A stretch of 62,251 nucleotides of DNA, filler included, from Choristocarpus tenellus KU-1152 (GCA_964200185.2; 6 parts of 6 records of this genome joined end to end with filler, not necessarily neighbours in it); one strand, 5' to 3'. Numbered from the whole stretch's first letter, positions 27,101-40,521 are shown. Translations and numbers: made by a program. Notes: generated from the sequence alone by a model not told the origin.

Positions 27101-28071
27101 AGGGCAGGGTGAGTGAGGTTATGGTTGAACTGAGGTTTCGTGTCTTGTGCCTACACTGAACAGTGGCTTGTTGAGTCTACCGTGACGGGAATAGTAGGGC
27201 GAAGAGTAATTAGGAAAGGTCTCGCGCAGAGTAAGATGCTGAATAGAGGTGTGTGCTGAGGGCGAAGGAAAGGGTGGGTAGTCCCACCGATAGTCGAAAA
27301 GTCTTCCAGGCAGCTGTCCGCATGCCAACTGACGGAGCATTTGCCCATGCCAAACAATGGATCTTGCTTAAGGTCATGTTTGACCGCTGAGGATTCCATA
27401 CGGTTAATAAGCGTGAGGTTAAAGTCGCAGCTGCCTAGTCGACGTCCCGAACTCTCGTCTTCCTCCTGCTCCAATAGTGTGGTTGCCTTCTGTCGCATCC
27501 ATTGACTCAATTTTCCCACCTCCATTAGCGCAGCAGACATATCGGCAGCGATACTTGAACCTCCTTCACCAGCCCCGTCGTTCACTATCTTCCATCCCCA
27601 TAATCCTGCCATGCAGGGATCGTTCACCACCGCCACTAAACCATTACCAGGACCTTTACTGGAGTCGATTCCAGAGTCCCATGGGTGAGAAAAGAGTCGG
27701 AGTCCCAGATATTTGTAGGTGATGCCGCAATCACCCAGAAGGGTACGGGTTACAAAGGTCCTACTGAGTCTTTTCCCTCCTGCCTGCACAGTGTCATAGA
27801 GGAAAAGCCCCCTCTTATACAGATTCTCAAACGCATGGTGAAAGCGTGAGTGCAGGTCAGGTGGGAGAGAAGAGGCTGGGAGATGGTGCAATCCGCGGTA
27901 GCTGCAGGCAAGTACATCCTTGTACAGGGGATCTTCTGGCCGTAGCCACGCCCTGCGAGCTCGGTTCAATTGGTCGGTGAGGCGAGGATGCTCGAATCGT
28001 TGAGGCTTCTCCTTCTCACGCTTCCTCACCTCCAAAACTTGCTTTCTCCTCTTCTTATTCTTCTTTGCCAT
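24155..28071 (-). CDS. FTO: FTO, Fe(II)/2-oxoglutarate-dependent RNA demethylase family; 4 exons (28071-27288, 26998-26773, 26121-25944, 25084-24155), 705 aa
   Basis: All joins are GT-AG and in frame. FTO-specific motifs: VTRTLLGDCGITYKYLGLRLF, FNLTLINRM, KQDPLFGMGKCSVSWHAD, GDAYFMLDDFN.FHEHAVVAG..RYSSTHRV, and C-terminal domain ESEWINQFWVQG.RH....WW..PM. Confidence 0.95.
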
Positions 28072-28822
28072 CCCTAAAAACTGTCACATGCGAAAGGATT
28101 GGGATATTAAGGACTTGCTAGTTGGATGACTGGCTGGCCGTCTGCTACCTGACTAGTTGCCTCGTGGGTTTCACTTTGTTTGCTTATCTAGTATCCATAT
28201 CATGACATTGAGGCCATGAAACCAAAGCCTGGGAGGCCTACCACGTTGATCTACGACGTGACATGTTCACCCTACATCTCTACACTCCTAGCTTCCTTGC
28301 CTGCTCTAAGGCGGGAGCCACAGTGAGCTGGCGTGGGAGTGGAAGGATAGGTACTCAGTGTAGTGCACGGAAGGAGAAAGACATTGAGCTGAGAACATTG
28401 GCTCCTAACCATGAGAACCCAGGCATGGAAAGAGTTTGGGTGTGAACACTCACTTGCATACTGACTCAACCAAGATCTCGATAAGCTTCCATTGGTTTAT
28501 TCACTCACTCCTTCGCCCCACACCCTCCTGTACGTCCAAATTTCCTCTCGTTGGAGATACCTTCGAAGTCTGGAGTGCCAATGATGCACCCCCTTAGATG
28601 TATTCTCGATCTCTGACAATTACGTTGCCTCTTACACAAAAAACAAATTTCTACCTTCTGTCTACACCCTTTGCTGTGTATCTTGGGACCCCATCTTGAA
28701 CTCTTAGGAGGCTTGTTGATAGGCACTTCGCTTTGCAATGGTATACCAAACTCTCAGCCCCTCCCCAACCTGTTGATGGATTGCTGCAGGGCGTCACTGC
28801 CGTCACTACTCTTGTGGGTTAC

Positions 28823-30520
28823 ATGGGTCATCTGCACGCCGCCATGGCCTTCCTTCCCGGTAAGGTTTCCTCCATGCCCCTGAAGAAGTTTTGTTGCCGC
28901 GACTATGTCACTGAAAAGTCCAGAGGTCGCTTTGCTGCGTTGTCCATCCCCATCTCCCTCAGTTGTGATTTTTTTCGTCTATTACGTCAAATTGCCACCA
29001 TCGCACATGACGAATTCTCATGTCGGGTAAGCCATATCAACAATCCTCCACTCTAGGATTGCTTTAAATCTTACCAGTCGCTATTATACTCAGCCCGCCA
29101 AATCTGTTAGATCTCCCAAACTTGTCCGCTTCAACACCTATTCTACGTACAGGGGGACCTACGCTTGGCCATGGGACTATCAACGCGCACCGTCCTGTTA
29201 TCACTCTTTCTCGGGGTTGCGAGTTTGTCCCAGACTCAGAACAACGAATCACAGCCATGGTACATGGGTCACCCATGAAGCAAAAAGCAAAAGCAAGTGC
29301 TGCACCTGAGATATCTATGGGAATACCTGCAGCAAAGCTCGTTGCCGCAGCAGCAAGCGTGAGTACTGAGAACTGAAGGGTGTTATGAGGCCATGCGGAG
29401 AGGAAGGAGAAAATAAGTTCATTGTGGGATCAGTATGACTGCACAAGGATTATTATCAGCATACAGACTATCATTGTGCAGTGCTAGTCTGGTCAACTAC
29501 TTCCTGTATTGATTTTTGGGGAGGGAGGTTGGAGAGTGTGATCTATGTGGGCTCAAGTTCAGAACATATTATTGCGATCAGAGAGTGTGGGGAGAAAAAC
29601 TGTTTGGGAGGAGGAGGTTGAAGGAAACGCTTTTCCTCACAGTCAAGGATTCCCATCTTTACCTACATTTTGCATGGATTTGAGGGAAGGCCAGTAATTG
29701 ATTTGTTGGGCATAAAGGATGGTGACCATCCAATATTGTGCAACTGCATCTCTTCAACACCTGCTATTTTGCACACCAAGTCTAGAACCTCTCCCCCCCA
29801 CTCCCGACATGCCTCCTGCATTATTCTTTTGTTGAAGGTACCTGCTTTGGTGGCAAGCCCCAACGCACGCCGTGCAGCACTAGGAGCAGGGGTAGTTGCT
29901 TCAGCAGGGTGCATTGGATATGGACTGATGAAGCTTTTGGACACACCTTCTCGTCCATATGATGCAGAGAGCAACAGTGTGGGGAAGGAATATGATGCGT
30001 GGACTGAGGTGAACTATTGCATCTTTACGTTTCATCGTTTGTAAGAGGTAGTGCCTTCAAGTTTGCTGAATTAGTTGACTGTGCTGTGTGTGTGTGTATG
30101 TGTGTGTGTGTGTGTGGTGGTGTTAAGGTTTGCAAGGAGGAGTTGGTATGGTTGTGCCATTCTTTCTGCTTCGGTTCCTGTCTCAGTTATTAAAATGCTA
30201 GCTTTGTAGCAGCACAGTGGGGTTTGAGAGGTAGAAATGAAGTTCACGTTCGACATCCTCCCACATCACATCACATCACATGGGGAATTGATTGAAGGAG
30301 ATATCTCTCTATCTCTCTCTCTCTCTCTTGACCCTCGTCTTTGATTGATAGCCTTTCACGAAAAAGAAATTAAGTGTTCGGTGTACAAGCATCCACTGTC
30401 ATAGAGTGTAATTATCGCCCATCCATCACCCTCTGTTCTGATTGGAAGGATGGCATCCTGGAGAGCTATTGGGGGGAGCATATCCATCTTGGTTACTATG
30501 ATGAAAAGGAACGAGCAAAG
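28823..30520 (+). CDS. Cyanobacterial-type MPBQ/MSBQ methyltransferase (gamma-TMT-related SAM methyltransferase), 5' part (exons ?-28859, 29078-29358, 29838-30008, 30449-30520); start uncertain, truncated by contig end
   Basis: Spliced product SRPYDAESNSVGKEYDAWTE|DGILESYWGEHIHLGYY matches the SV...YD.WTEDGILE.YWGEHIHLG.Y signature. It has a long N-terminal, targeting-like extension. Confidence 0.85.
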
Positions 30521-30642
30521 GTTGGAATTTGCTTGATGTCTGTTTTGTGTTGTTTGAGGGAGGGGGGGGGGGGGGGAGGGGGGGGGGCAACATTGTCTTT
30601 AATGGAGAAGGGGGGGGGGCAGGGCCAAGTGGGGGTTGAAAA

Positions 30643-30742
30643 NNNNNNNNNNNNNNNNNNNNNNNNNNNNNNNNNNNNNNNNNNNNTTAATTAATTAANN
30701 NNNNNNNNNNNNNNNNNNNNNNNNNNNNNNNNNNNNNNNNNN
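30643..30742. other. Artificial contig linker
   Basis: N44-TTAATTAATTAA-N44. Confidence 0.98.
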
Positions 30743-31168
30743 CCCCCCCGAACTCTAACCCTAACCTTTGCCTCCTACACACACAAACAAAAAAATACAG
30801 TATATTCTTTCTCTTGTTAAGAGACATCATTGATTCCACAAACATCAACAAAAACAAAATAAATTCCTCTGTCCAGCATCAGTTCAAACATATAAACATA
30901 TGTACATCTACATCTATCTATCTATCTATCTATCTATATCTCTAACCCTAACCTTACATAGATATATATTTGCCCATATACTCACACAAAATAAAAAAAG
31001 GGCACGCTCCAAACAGCAAAACAATTTGCACCCAAAAAATGATTAGTAAAAAAATCCCCCTAGTATTCTCATAAAAAAAAGAGATTTAAGAGACATGATC
31101 TGTTCCTCTTTCTAACCCTAACCCTAACCCTCAATCGAACTCTTTTTATACAGTTTTTTATTCCTTGC

Positions 31169-32750
31169 CTTGAACCGCTTCTCCACTTGGGGGACCATGT
31201 TGGCCTGAGTCCACGCCTCAGCTCGACACATGACCTCTATCTCATACATCACTGTCATCTACACACAATTAGTCACCACCAATGATCGTAGAGGTGGATA
31301 GAGTTAGGGTTAGGGTTAGGGCTATAAGCATGCACAGTATACATATTATTATTTAAATGTAAATATTTATATCCCAACCAGGCATGTTATGTTAGGGTAG
31401 GGTTTGCAAAACGGGTAGTGCCTTGAATTATTATTCCGATGATTGTTGACCTTGTTGGACGTTGGTATACCCTAACCCTAACCCTATCATCTTGAACGGT
31501 CAAATCACTTTCAGGGAGAACACCTGTTAACAAAACAGCATACCATACACCATACACTATACACCCATGCTACAGCAAGAATCACCTTGATCTGAAGTAT
31601 CTGTTGGAGTTGTTTGGTACTGGTGAATCTCGACAATTATTCTGTTCGGCCCTCTTTCTCAAGTGGAACTATTTTATCAGAATAATAATACTAAATGTGA
31701 TTCCTTTTGATTTCTGAGGGCTAGCGAACTTTTCCGTAACATGGTGTGTGTCTCCAACATGACACCGGTTGGAAGACTTTTGCTTGGCAGACAGTTTTTT
31801 TCATTATTTTTTTTTCTGATTAAATATTATTATTATTATTGCAAAAACTATAGACAGAAACTTTTTTTTTTTAAAGATCAATTTTATTGTTCTTAAAATA
31901 ACACACAGTAGTAGTAGTAGTATTACCAGTAATAATATTATTATTATTAGTAGTACCCGTAATATTAGTAGTACCAGTATTAGCAGTAGTAATGTTAGTA
32001 ATATTAGTAGTATTAGTAGGAACAGTCTTGGACGGTCGCATTGCACCATGCCATCTTCTGAGACCCAAAAGGTACAACAAGAGTGTGAAACCTGTCATTG
32101 ATAACAAACGCTGCCTTCGAGCTGACTGCCCTAAAAACATACGTATACTCCCCTATGCTTGAATAAGCTAGGCATTGAACACAGCCACAAGGCATCAAGA
32201 AGAGAGTAAAAGGTGGATGTTTCATGGTACACAACATTTGTAGTTGGTCTTTTTTTTAAGTGTATTTCTAGAAAGTGTAATAAAAAAATCTAAAATTATC
32301 ACACACATGAAAGGGTTAGGGTTGGCACAAACAAATATTTGTATTGAAAGGGCTAAAGTTTTTCTACAAAAAATGCAGCAGTTCAGTATACAATACATAC
32401 CTCAAAAAAAAAAATGAAGCTACAGAGATACTTTAGTATTATTGAAAATAAAAATAAAAATAGAAAACAGAAATTTCATCATTCCAAGAACAACCTCGCA
32501 CAACCCCCCCCCCCCCACAGGACAAAACAAAATCGATAAATGATTCTATCATCGAAAATTACTGCTGGCTACTTAGTGCACGATACAAAATAGGAAAAAA
32601 TATATTTTGTGTATTTTGAACACAAATAAAAAGTAAAGACACACCCGATTGAGCAAGAAGCTCCCGAAGAGCACAAGAGTCCCCAGCAACAGGCCAGATT
32701 CATTAAACGCCTTTGGCAGGGCGAGGAAACCCGAACCCATGATGAGATTT
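31169..32750 (-). CDS. TMEM104-like amino-acid transporter family protein, internal exons 32750-32645 and 31258-31169
   Basis: NLIMGSGFLALPKAFNESGLLLGTLVLFGSFLLNR|MTVMYEIEVMCRAEAW resembles TM1-2 of Aa_trans/TMEM104 (FNLIVGTGALTMPKAF...G...TTTFVIEAMA). Both exons are missed by the ORF track. Confidence 0.75.
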
Positions 32751-33621
32751 CTGACAAAAGGGGGACGGGAGGATTATTGCAAAAAATAAAAAATAAATAT
32801 CAATAAAATCAATACAACATAATCAGATTGGGAGGATGGAATCAAAGGCAGGAGAGGAGTCATGGGACACTTAAAAAACAGCAAGTTGAAGTTCGATTCA
32901 CATCCTGAAGGATGACCTAACCCTAACCTGAAACCTAGGTATCTACTACTATCGCACTACTACCAGTATGAATGAACACACAGAAAAGACAGTGCGAGAA
33001 AACCCCTAACCCTAACCCTAGCCCGTATTATTAATACATAAACATATAAATGTTCCTCTCTTTGCCTGCAATAAGATATCAATCAATCAGGAGGACACAC
33101 TATCAATCTCGCTCAAAACATTTTTCCACCTAACCCTAACCCTAACCCCATTTTACAAAATCCCTTCGTGCACATCAGAATCCCTCCCCCCCCCCCCCCC
33201 CCCCCCCCCCCACCACCCCCCCCTCCCCCACAACCCCCCCCCCCCCCCCCCCCCCCCCCCACCCTCAACAAAACTCCCTCTCATTGTTAGTACGACTACT
33301 ACGTACTCACATTGTGATGCATGAAGCAGCAAACATCCCAACACCTTCATTTGATTCTGAACCTGACTCTGACCCACACAAGAAAACATGCAAACACACA
33401 CAGGCACAGGCACAGGCAAACAAAGAAGGTCAGTCAGACAGAGAGAGACCGCTGGACCCCCCCCCCAAAAAATCCCATGTACAAAATGTAAATGTTATAG
33501 AATATTATATATATATGAAGTTAGCTTTTGCAAGGGAAAACATTGGTGTCCAGGGTCAATGTATCTGGTGGGGGGGGGGGGGGGGGTGGGGGGCCGGTTT
33601 TTCCCCTTTTTCGATTTTTTG

Positions 33622-33721
33622 NNNNNNNNNNNNNNNNNNNNNNNNNNNNNNNNNNNNNNNNNNNNTTAATTAATTAANNNNNNNNNNNNNNNNNNNNNNN
33701 NNNNNNNNNNNNNNNNNNNNN
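33622..33721. other. Artificial contig linker
   Basis: N44-TTAATTAATTAA-N44. Confidence 0.98.
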
Positions 33722-36700
33722 ACCAAATCACCCAAAAATCGTGATATGAAAAAATTGACCCCAAATGGACAGCTGCCACCCCCTCCCAGATATTTTGAGC
33801 CTGGATATAGCCGTTCTTGGGCCAGTCAACTATGTTGTGCAATCCTTGTCATCCACAAGACCTCCTAGTGCATATTGTTCGCATATGTAACACCATAGGT
33901 AGGGGCTCACCCAATCAAACACTTCGAACTTGAAATTGTAGCATATTACTGTGTCCCTTGTCCCAGAACACCTTTCCACTGCACAATTTGAAGTTTTGTG
34001 TGTGCTTGAACAGGATGATCTTGCTATTGGAGAAATTAGAAACACTGCCAGGCCAGACTCAACACAAAACGTAAAACTGATCTCATTTACGTAGCAGTCA
34101 AGCAACTGAGGTTGAATGTGATGTGATAGGATACTTGACCCGTGAATAGGAAATTTGTTGAAAAAAGAAAATGAAAGGCAAAATAATCCATGTTCACACA
34201 GGAGTTTTACCATCTCGATCTGGGTCATCGTGCCTCCTATCCAAGGAGAATGCCAGCTCCCGCCTAGGGATGTGATATTCTGTGTCAAAAGCCATAGTAC
34301 GTGCAACCTTCTGCAAGAATCAAAGTTAATCCAGGAAGTTTGGAATTTATGCTTGATGTTTGGCTGTGTTGTTTATGGCAATCACGGTGGTAGGTATCGA
34401 CAAATTTTGTCCAATGGGTTTAAATGCTGAAATGTGCTGCTTGTTGAGGATGCAAACTGAAGCCAAATGTTGCAGTTTGAATTAGATTGCCTGTGCTTCT
34501 CTGTGAGTGTTGCTCATTATGTCAGTGCCAATTCTAAGAAGGGGTAAGGAGAAGTTTGCCATCCAAGTGGGACCAAATTGAGGGGTTGGGAAAGGGGAGG
34601 AAGAGAAGGCAGGCACTGGTTGAGATAAAAAGGGGGAAAATGGTGAAGGAGGTTTGCCTAATGGTTTGTGCATATTTCATTGAGAAGATTTTTATATAGA
34701 AGTGCATACGACTGGGTTGCACCTGGTTGCTAGTGTCAAGTAAATGCTATCTCAGCACAAAGCGATGCAAAGAGTGGAGCTGTAAATAAGGTGGAGTACA
34801 CTCTTCTGATATGGTAGAGTTTCCCTCACTCCTAACATTCTGACTCCATTAGATATCATAATTACAATAGATGCCTTGTCATCAAGCCACTGCAAAATGC
34901 CCCATCCTGTTCCCTTTTAATTCCAATCAACACATACAGTATCAAAGAACAAGGTCTTTCGTCAAATCAATAGTTGAAGTATATGCATCTTGGAAATTGA
35001 AAATCAAGTTACTCACCTCAACACCCCCCACTTTAGCCCTACCCCCCATGGAACCCACACCCTCACAGAGTGCTTCAACAGTGATTGCTCCTTTGCACGT
35101 GGGCGATGGGATGCGTGGGTCCTGACATCTTGTGGGTGGAACTTCTAAAAAGAGGCTTTGCCCTGGAGGCTTGTGGCGTGATGTTGGACGTGCCATCTCC
35201 CCCACAGCCTTGCGTGTGACATCAATGTGTGATGTTGTCTCTTCATTTGCACTGGGCAGCTCTATCTGAGTCATGGAGGTTGTACGCATTGAACCATGGC
35301 TTGACTCATTTGCGCTTCTCAAATAAGTAGACAAAAGGCATGTTTAATACTTGCATGCCAAGGCTGAAAGAGTGGTGAAGATATATACATAATTTCTACA
35401 CAGGAGTCTTGCACTACACATGATTTGTACATACCACTGACCTGTTTATCAACATGTATAAGTGGTTTATCCCGATGTGCTGAGAGAAGATAGTTGTGTA
35501 TCTGTGATCTATCCAGTCTTACCTCATCTTCATATATTCAAATCTTACCTTATGGTTTAATAGGAAATAACAATCATACACAAGTCTGCCTTTCTTTGTG
35601 ATTGATGGCAAACAACAATCATGTACAAATTGTGCCTTGTTTATAGTTAACAATCATACACAAATCTGCCTTTCTTTGCAACTAATGGCAAACAATAAGA
35701 GTGTACAAACCTTAGGTTACTGCTATCGCAAGGTTTCTTGGTACTTGGTTCCCTTGTTGTTCAATGATAGAAGTAGTCAGTGATGTTCAACTAATATTAC
35801 TCCATATTCCAATATGGCAGGTTGTGGAAGCCCCAGCAGTGTAATAAGATGTCTCTAGTGAAGTCGTCCTCTACATTTTTTGTTAATAAAATTTTCCAGT
35901 ATATTGGTGCCTCAGCTTTGAATGTGTACAAAATGATCTGTCAACACCACTCACTCACTCCCTGTACAAAAAGGTACAAATATACGTCCATATCTCTCTC
36001 CCTTATCCATCAATCTACATCACATGTACTTGAGTACAAAAAAATATCTGTATCACTCCTCTATATGCAAAATATGTAAAATGGTTCCTCAGTATGAATG
36101 TGGTGAGTTAAATCCCTCCCCAAGGGTTTGTTCTTGTGAGCACAAGATGCACAAATAACAGCCTGTTCAATCATCATCTTACCAAGTTGTTGGAAGATTT
36201 GTCCCAAACCACTCTCAGGTATATATGTGGGTACAAATGATTGGGATCCACAGATGAAGGAGTTAACTCCTAAATCTTTGGTTTTTGATAATGTGCTCCA
36301 ACATGTATAACTCAGATATGTTATGGAACAGCCATTGATTTGTTTGAGATTGATTTTTATCTGCAAATTGAATGTCATATGTCCCACACGGAGGAGGTTA
36401 TCAGAAGGTTACCAGAAGAATAGTTTGTAGATACGGGAAACCTTATTGCCTGTATTACTTGGTATAATCCCCTTGTCCGTAGCATTTCCTAACAGCAAAG
36501 GTTTCCTCCCTCACGCAGTATACAGCCTTACTTACATATAGCGTAAAACTAGTGCAAGTACTACCTTTTTGAGGGAACCACATAATGCTGTTGCATAGAA
36601 TGCAGTGGCTAAAGGAACAACAACTAGAGAAACAATAAAAACTTGCTGCAGAAACGTTTTGCCCACCTGAAATGCATTCTGAGGGATAATATCTGCAAGA

Positions 36701-39700
36701 TGTGTTGGGAAAGCATCCTTCTGCCGGGATGGAGGTCTACGCAAAAGGTTTGCCATCCCCTCATTGTCAGTTGCCCACCGGAGGCCCCCGTGGTCCTCGC
36801 CTGCAGAGAATTCATCAAGGCATTCTTGTCTCTTTGTCCCTGTGCCGCTGTGGAGAAGTGATCCCCCATCAAATGTTGAAGTTGAACTACAGGCAACTTC
36901 ATCTCCTTTCCTGGGCAATAGCTCTGCACGGATGCCTGTACACTGTATACCGCCCGCACTGCAGCTCAAACTCTGACTCTGACTCTGACTCTGACGCTTT
37001 CTACACTGTGCAGTGCTGGGTGAACTGTTCTTCTCTGAACTGTACTCTGAACTGTTCCGTGACTGCTTAAACTGTCAAGTGTTTTTAGAGAAGAAGGTCC
37101 ATGAATTAGGAGCCAAAAGTTCTCAAATGGTTGGCTTAATTAATCCTATACCACTTGCAAGTATATTTAAGTTGCTAGGCATAGGTTGAGTCAATACTTG
37201 AGGACCAATGGATAACCACACATGAGCCTGACCAGGGAAAGGATCCCGAAGACCAAGCACTAACCTTGTTCTCCACTGTAAATGAGCTAGACGGCTCCAC
37301 TTTTGTCTCGATTCGGGCAGAAGCTATTCGGTGGAGTCTCATATTTCTATCCATTGCACTTCTCTCAAAATCCAGCTGCTGCATGTTCCTAGACATATCT
37401 CTTCCTACTTCCTTTCCATCTATGCCTACACTTGGAGTCAAACTTGGTTCTAAACCAGCCCTGGAAAAGGATATATCCTCACTGGTAAGTTCCATCCCTT
37501 TCACCTTACCACTATTGCCAAATTCATCGGTTTTCATGCTTGACAGGAGTGTTGTTCTAAGAGCTGACCATAGACGCTGATCTTTTTCCTGCTGCTGATG
37601 AGCAAGCTCCTTCATTCGACAAGGTCCTGTCTTCTCACGCATACCACACTTGTCAGATCCAATAGTGCTGCTTCCTCCGCCTCCGATTCCACTATCTGCC
37701 CAGGTGTTCCCGGTAGCTGCCCTTTCCGAGGCATTTGATACACTCTTTTGTCCATGGGGAATGACTCTTCGCTGCTCTACTAACAGGCCTGTTTGAGACA
37801 CCCTCCCTGGAGGAGGAAAGCTGGCACCTAGACGAGCTTCTGATTGGGACCCCATGAATGATCCTTCCACCCCTTCCCTGTCAGTTCCAGAGCTTGCCCT
37901 GGTGTTACACTTGGGGCTTCTCTTGCAGTTCCCTCTAGCTTGTTTGCCCTGGAGATCGAATTTCTGGCGTTCTTCAGCAAGGTGCTTTGGCTGTTTGGTA
38001 GCAATAGCAGTTGGACTTACAATGCTAAAAGCGCCAGGCTCATCACAGAGGTCCAAGTCCACGTATCCCAGGGAAGTTCGGGCATAGCAGTCATGTGGTA
38101 CAGCATACTTATCCTTAGATTTTGTGCACCTAAGGGTTGTCCACCTCATTGTTGAGTCGCACTTCAAACGACCACTAGAGGAAAGATTGAAAAGTCATTG
38201 ACAAACTAGGTTGCGTTTATACTCATAAACACTGGTAATCTGATATCTGCCAAACATGTCAACCACAAATGTCACCAATACAGGCCTCTATCATGTTGAG
38301 ACAATTTTGGTGGGGGGAACTCCCCATCTACATACAAGGTAGAAAGTTAAATGTGACAAATACTACATATTTGACATTTAAGAAGATCTGTGCAAATGTA
38401 ATATTCGTAGAATCTAGAATAGACTTACACCCTGTGAAATTGAAGTCTTTAGAGTAGCTATTTTTCAAACAAATTATCTGTGAGTGCCCACACTGATTTT
38501 GGTGAAATAGGTTTGAGCCACTCGAGGTTGGTCATGACATTGTTGAGAGTAAAAAAAAAAAAGGCGTTCCTCATGATTTAGGTGTAAGGAGGGGAGTACA
38601 AAATAGTAAAGGGTTTTCTGTATGGAAGGACTGAGCAATGTGTGCCTGAAAGCCAGCAACATAAATTGCTTCAATATTCATGGGGAGACACGTTGATATT
38701 GTAGTATTCAAGTTTCTAATAGGTTTCAGCTTTTTTTATGTGAGAATCACTAGATAGAGCAAGGGGGAAAAGTGAGTTACACCAGTCTCCATGTGACATG
38801 TACATATCTTCGATCGACAAAACCCACTCTAAAACCAACCCTTCCACAGTAAATGTCCAACTTTATGAAACGAAAACTGACCCTGACCCTAACCCTAACC
38901 CTAATCGAAACATGATATGGGTGTAGTCTAACCCAGGTGTGGAGGATGCAGGCTAACGGCAAACACAGGCAGGGGGGGAGTTGACCTTGAACAAGACATT
39001 CTTCTTCACAACCGTACAAAGAGCAGAACCATTTCTTTCACGTCAAAAATGCACATATACTACGATTAGTTTCATCCCTCAGACGTCACTATCAACTAAG
39101 AAAGTCACATGAAAGTTCAACACGACAACAAGATCCTCTTGCAAGAAAAGGACGTCAAAGAACAACACCGAAAGCAGCCTAAGCCTAACACATACGCCGA
39201 GTTATTCACCAAAACCGGGGGGTATACCCCCTATACTAGATTGTTTCGAGGTCGTCGTTGCTGCTAGACTTTCAACAGTATCAGCACTTGTTCCTGTTTG
39301 AAGGATTCCTACTTAAATGTTACCTGTGATGACGTTCCCATCAAGACTCACCTAAATTTTGGGACACATGTTCTTGATGTTGGAGCTTCCGAAGGTCTGG
39401 CCTCGTCCGAAATATTTGTTGGATCTGGACGGAATACCAGGCATAGATATTACGATGCGTTAACTCATATACATTTCAGTTGCACAGATCTAACCCTTCT
39501 TAGTATGTACTGCTTGCCTCACGCTCAACTCTAAACCTAAATCGAGAATACGATGAGATCCGCTTCTATTATTATTTGACATCCACTAGGACCAGGTGAG
39601 ACTAATCAGCAGTTCTGATAAACAATAGTATAACGCTTTAAGGGCAATGAGTCCTTCACACCTCCAGGAAGCTCATGCAGGCGTTCTCCTTCTGCATCAG

Positions 39701-40040
39701 TGCCACTGCTGTTCTCCATCTTGGTGTACTTGAGGGCAAGGTTGAGGTCCATCAAGTCCATTAGAGCTTGTCTAGTTGCTGGACGGGCTGCACAATGAGA
39801 GCTACAGTTTTCGTTCGTTGATCGCATCATTACACTCCCCCGCCAGCCCTTGTGTTGAGTCATCTCCTTCCCTGACTCTCTTGGGTAGATGGTATCGGCA
39901 TCGGCATAATCACCATGGTATCGATCTGATTTTGTCGATGTGGATACGCTGGCCTTCCTCCTACCCACACGACTGAACCGCCCATACCCCGCACTTGCAG
40001 AGGGGGCTGTCCCACCCCTAGCTTGAAATCCAAAGTCCAT
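33722..40040 (-). CDS. Long multi-exon hypothetical protein, 3'-partial (exons include 40040-39662, 39424-39352, 38174-37265, 37071-36667, ~35317-35017, 34310-34211, 33829-33722)
   Basis: Chain of open exons with consistent phases and GT/AG signals. Mostly S/G/E/K-rich sequence with no recognised domain. Confidence 0.55.
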
Positions 40041-40521
40041 CCTGACGGTCAAGAGAGAGCTATTTTGCTTTTGGCTTCCATAGGAACTAGAGCTCTAACT
40101 CTTGTCCGTGTCAGGTGTCGTGCTTCCAAAATGGTGGGGTTTTTGCGAAACCGCAAAAAAAAAAGTTCCGTATTATGTACAGTATCTCGTATCTTCTTCT
40201 ACTACTGTAATGTTCTTGGTACCTCTCTCTATACTCTACTTTTATGCCCACCCTCCCATCAATCCTAACTCCTATTATTAGGGGCGTAGAGTGGGTATTG
40301 GCCATGCTTCAAAGTCTCTTTACACAAGCCGACAGGATTATTCTCACCATTGGAGGCTATGCTTCTCCTGGTGAACGAAAACAATATTCCTCACCTTGCC
40401 TCAATGTTTTGGCAATTCTTTCTCCATGTCATGTCGCTGTTGTCTAAACAAATCTTGTGTATTGTGTCACCTTGCTAGTCTTCAATTTACTCAGTGTCCC
40501 AAACACCCCATTTTGTTTGCG

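Noticed and set aside
24155-30520. FTO plus a divergent SAM methyltransferase as an RNA methylation writer/eraser pair
   Set aside because: The methyltransferase signature is that of a prenylquinone/tocopherol enzyme, and tight divergent pairing is common throughout this window.
31804-33673. Low-complexity ORFs (poly-L/I, T/N, poly-G), and similar ones at 660-972, 3004-3219 and 4702-5001
   Set aside because: They are translations of microsatellites and homopolymer runs.
35568-35710. ~80-bp local tandem duplication, plus smaller ones at 1213-1250 and 44622-44650
   Set aside because: Ordinary intronic slippage duplications with no sign of function.
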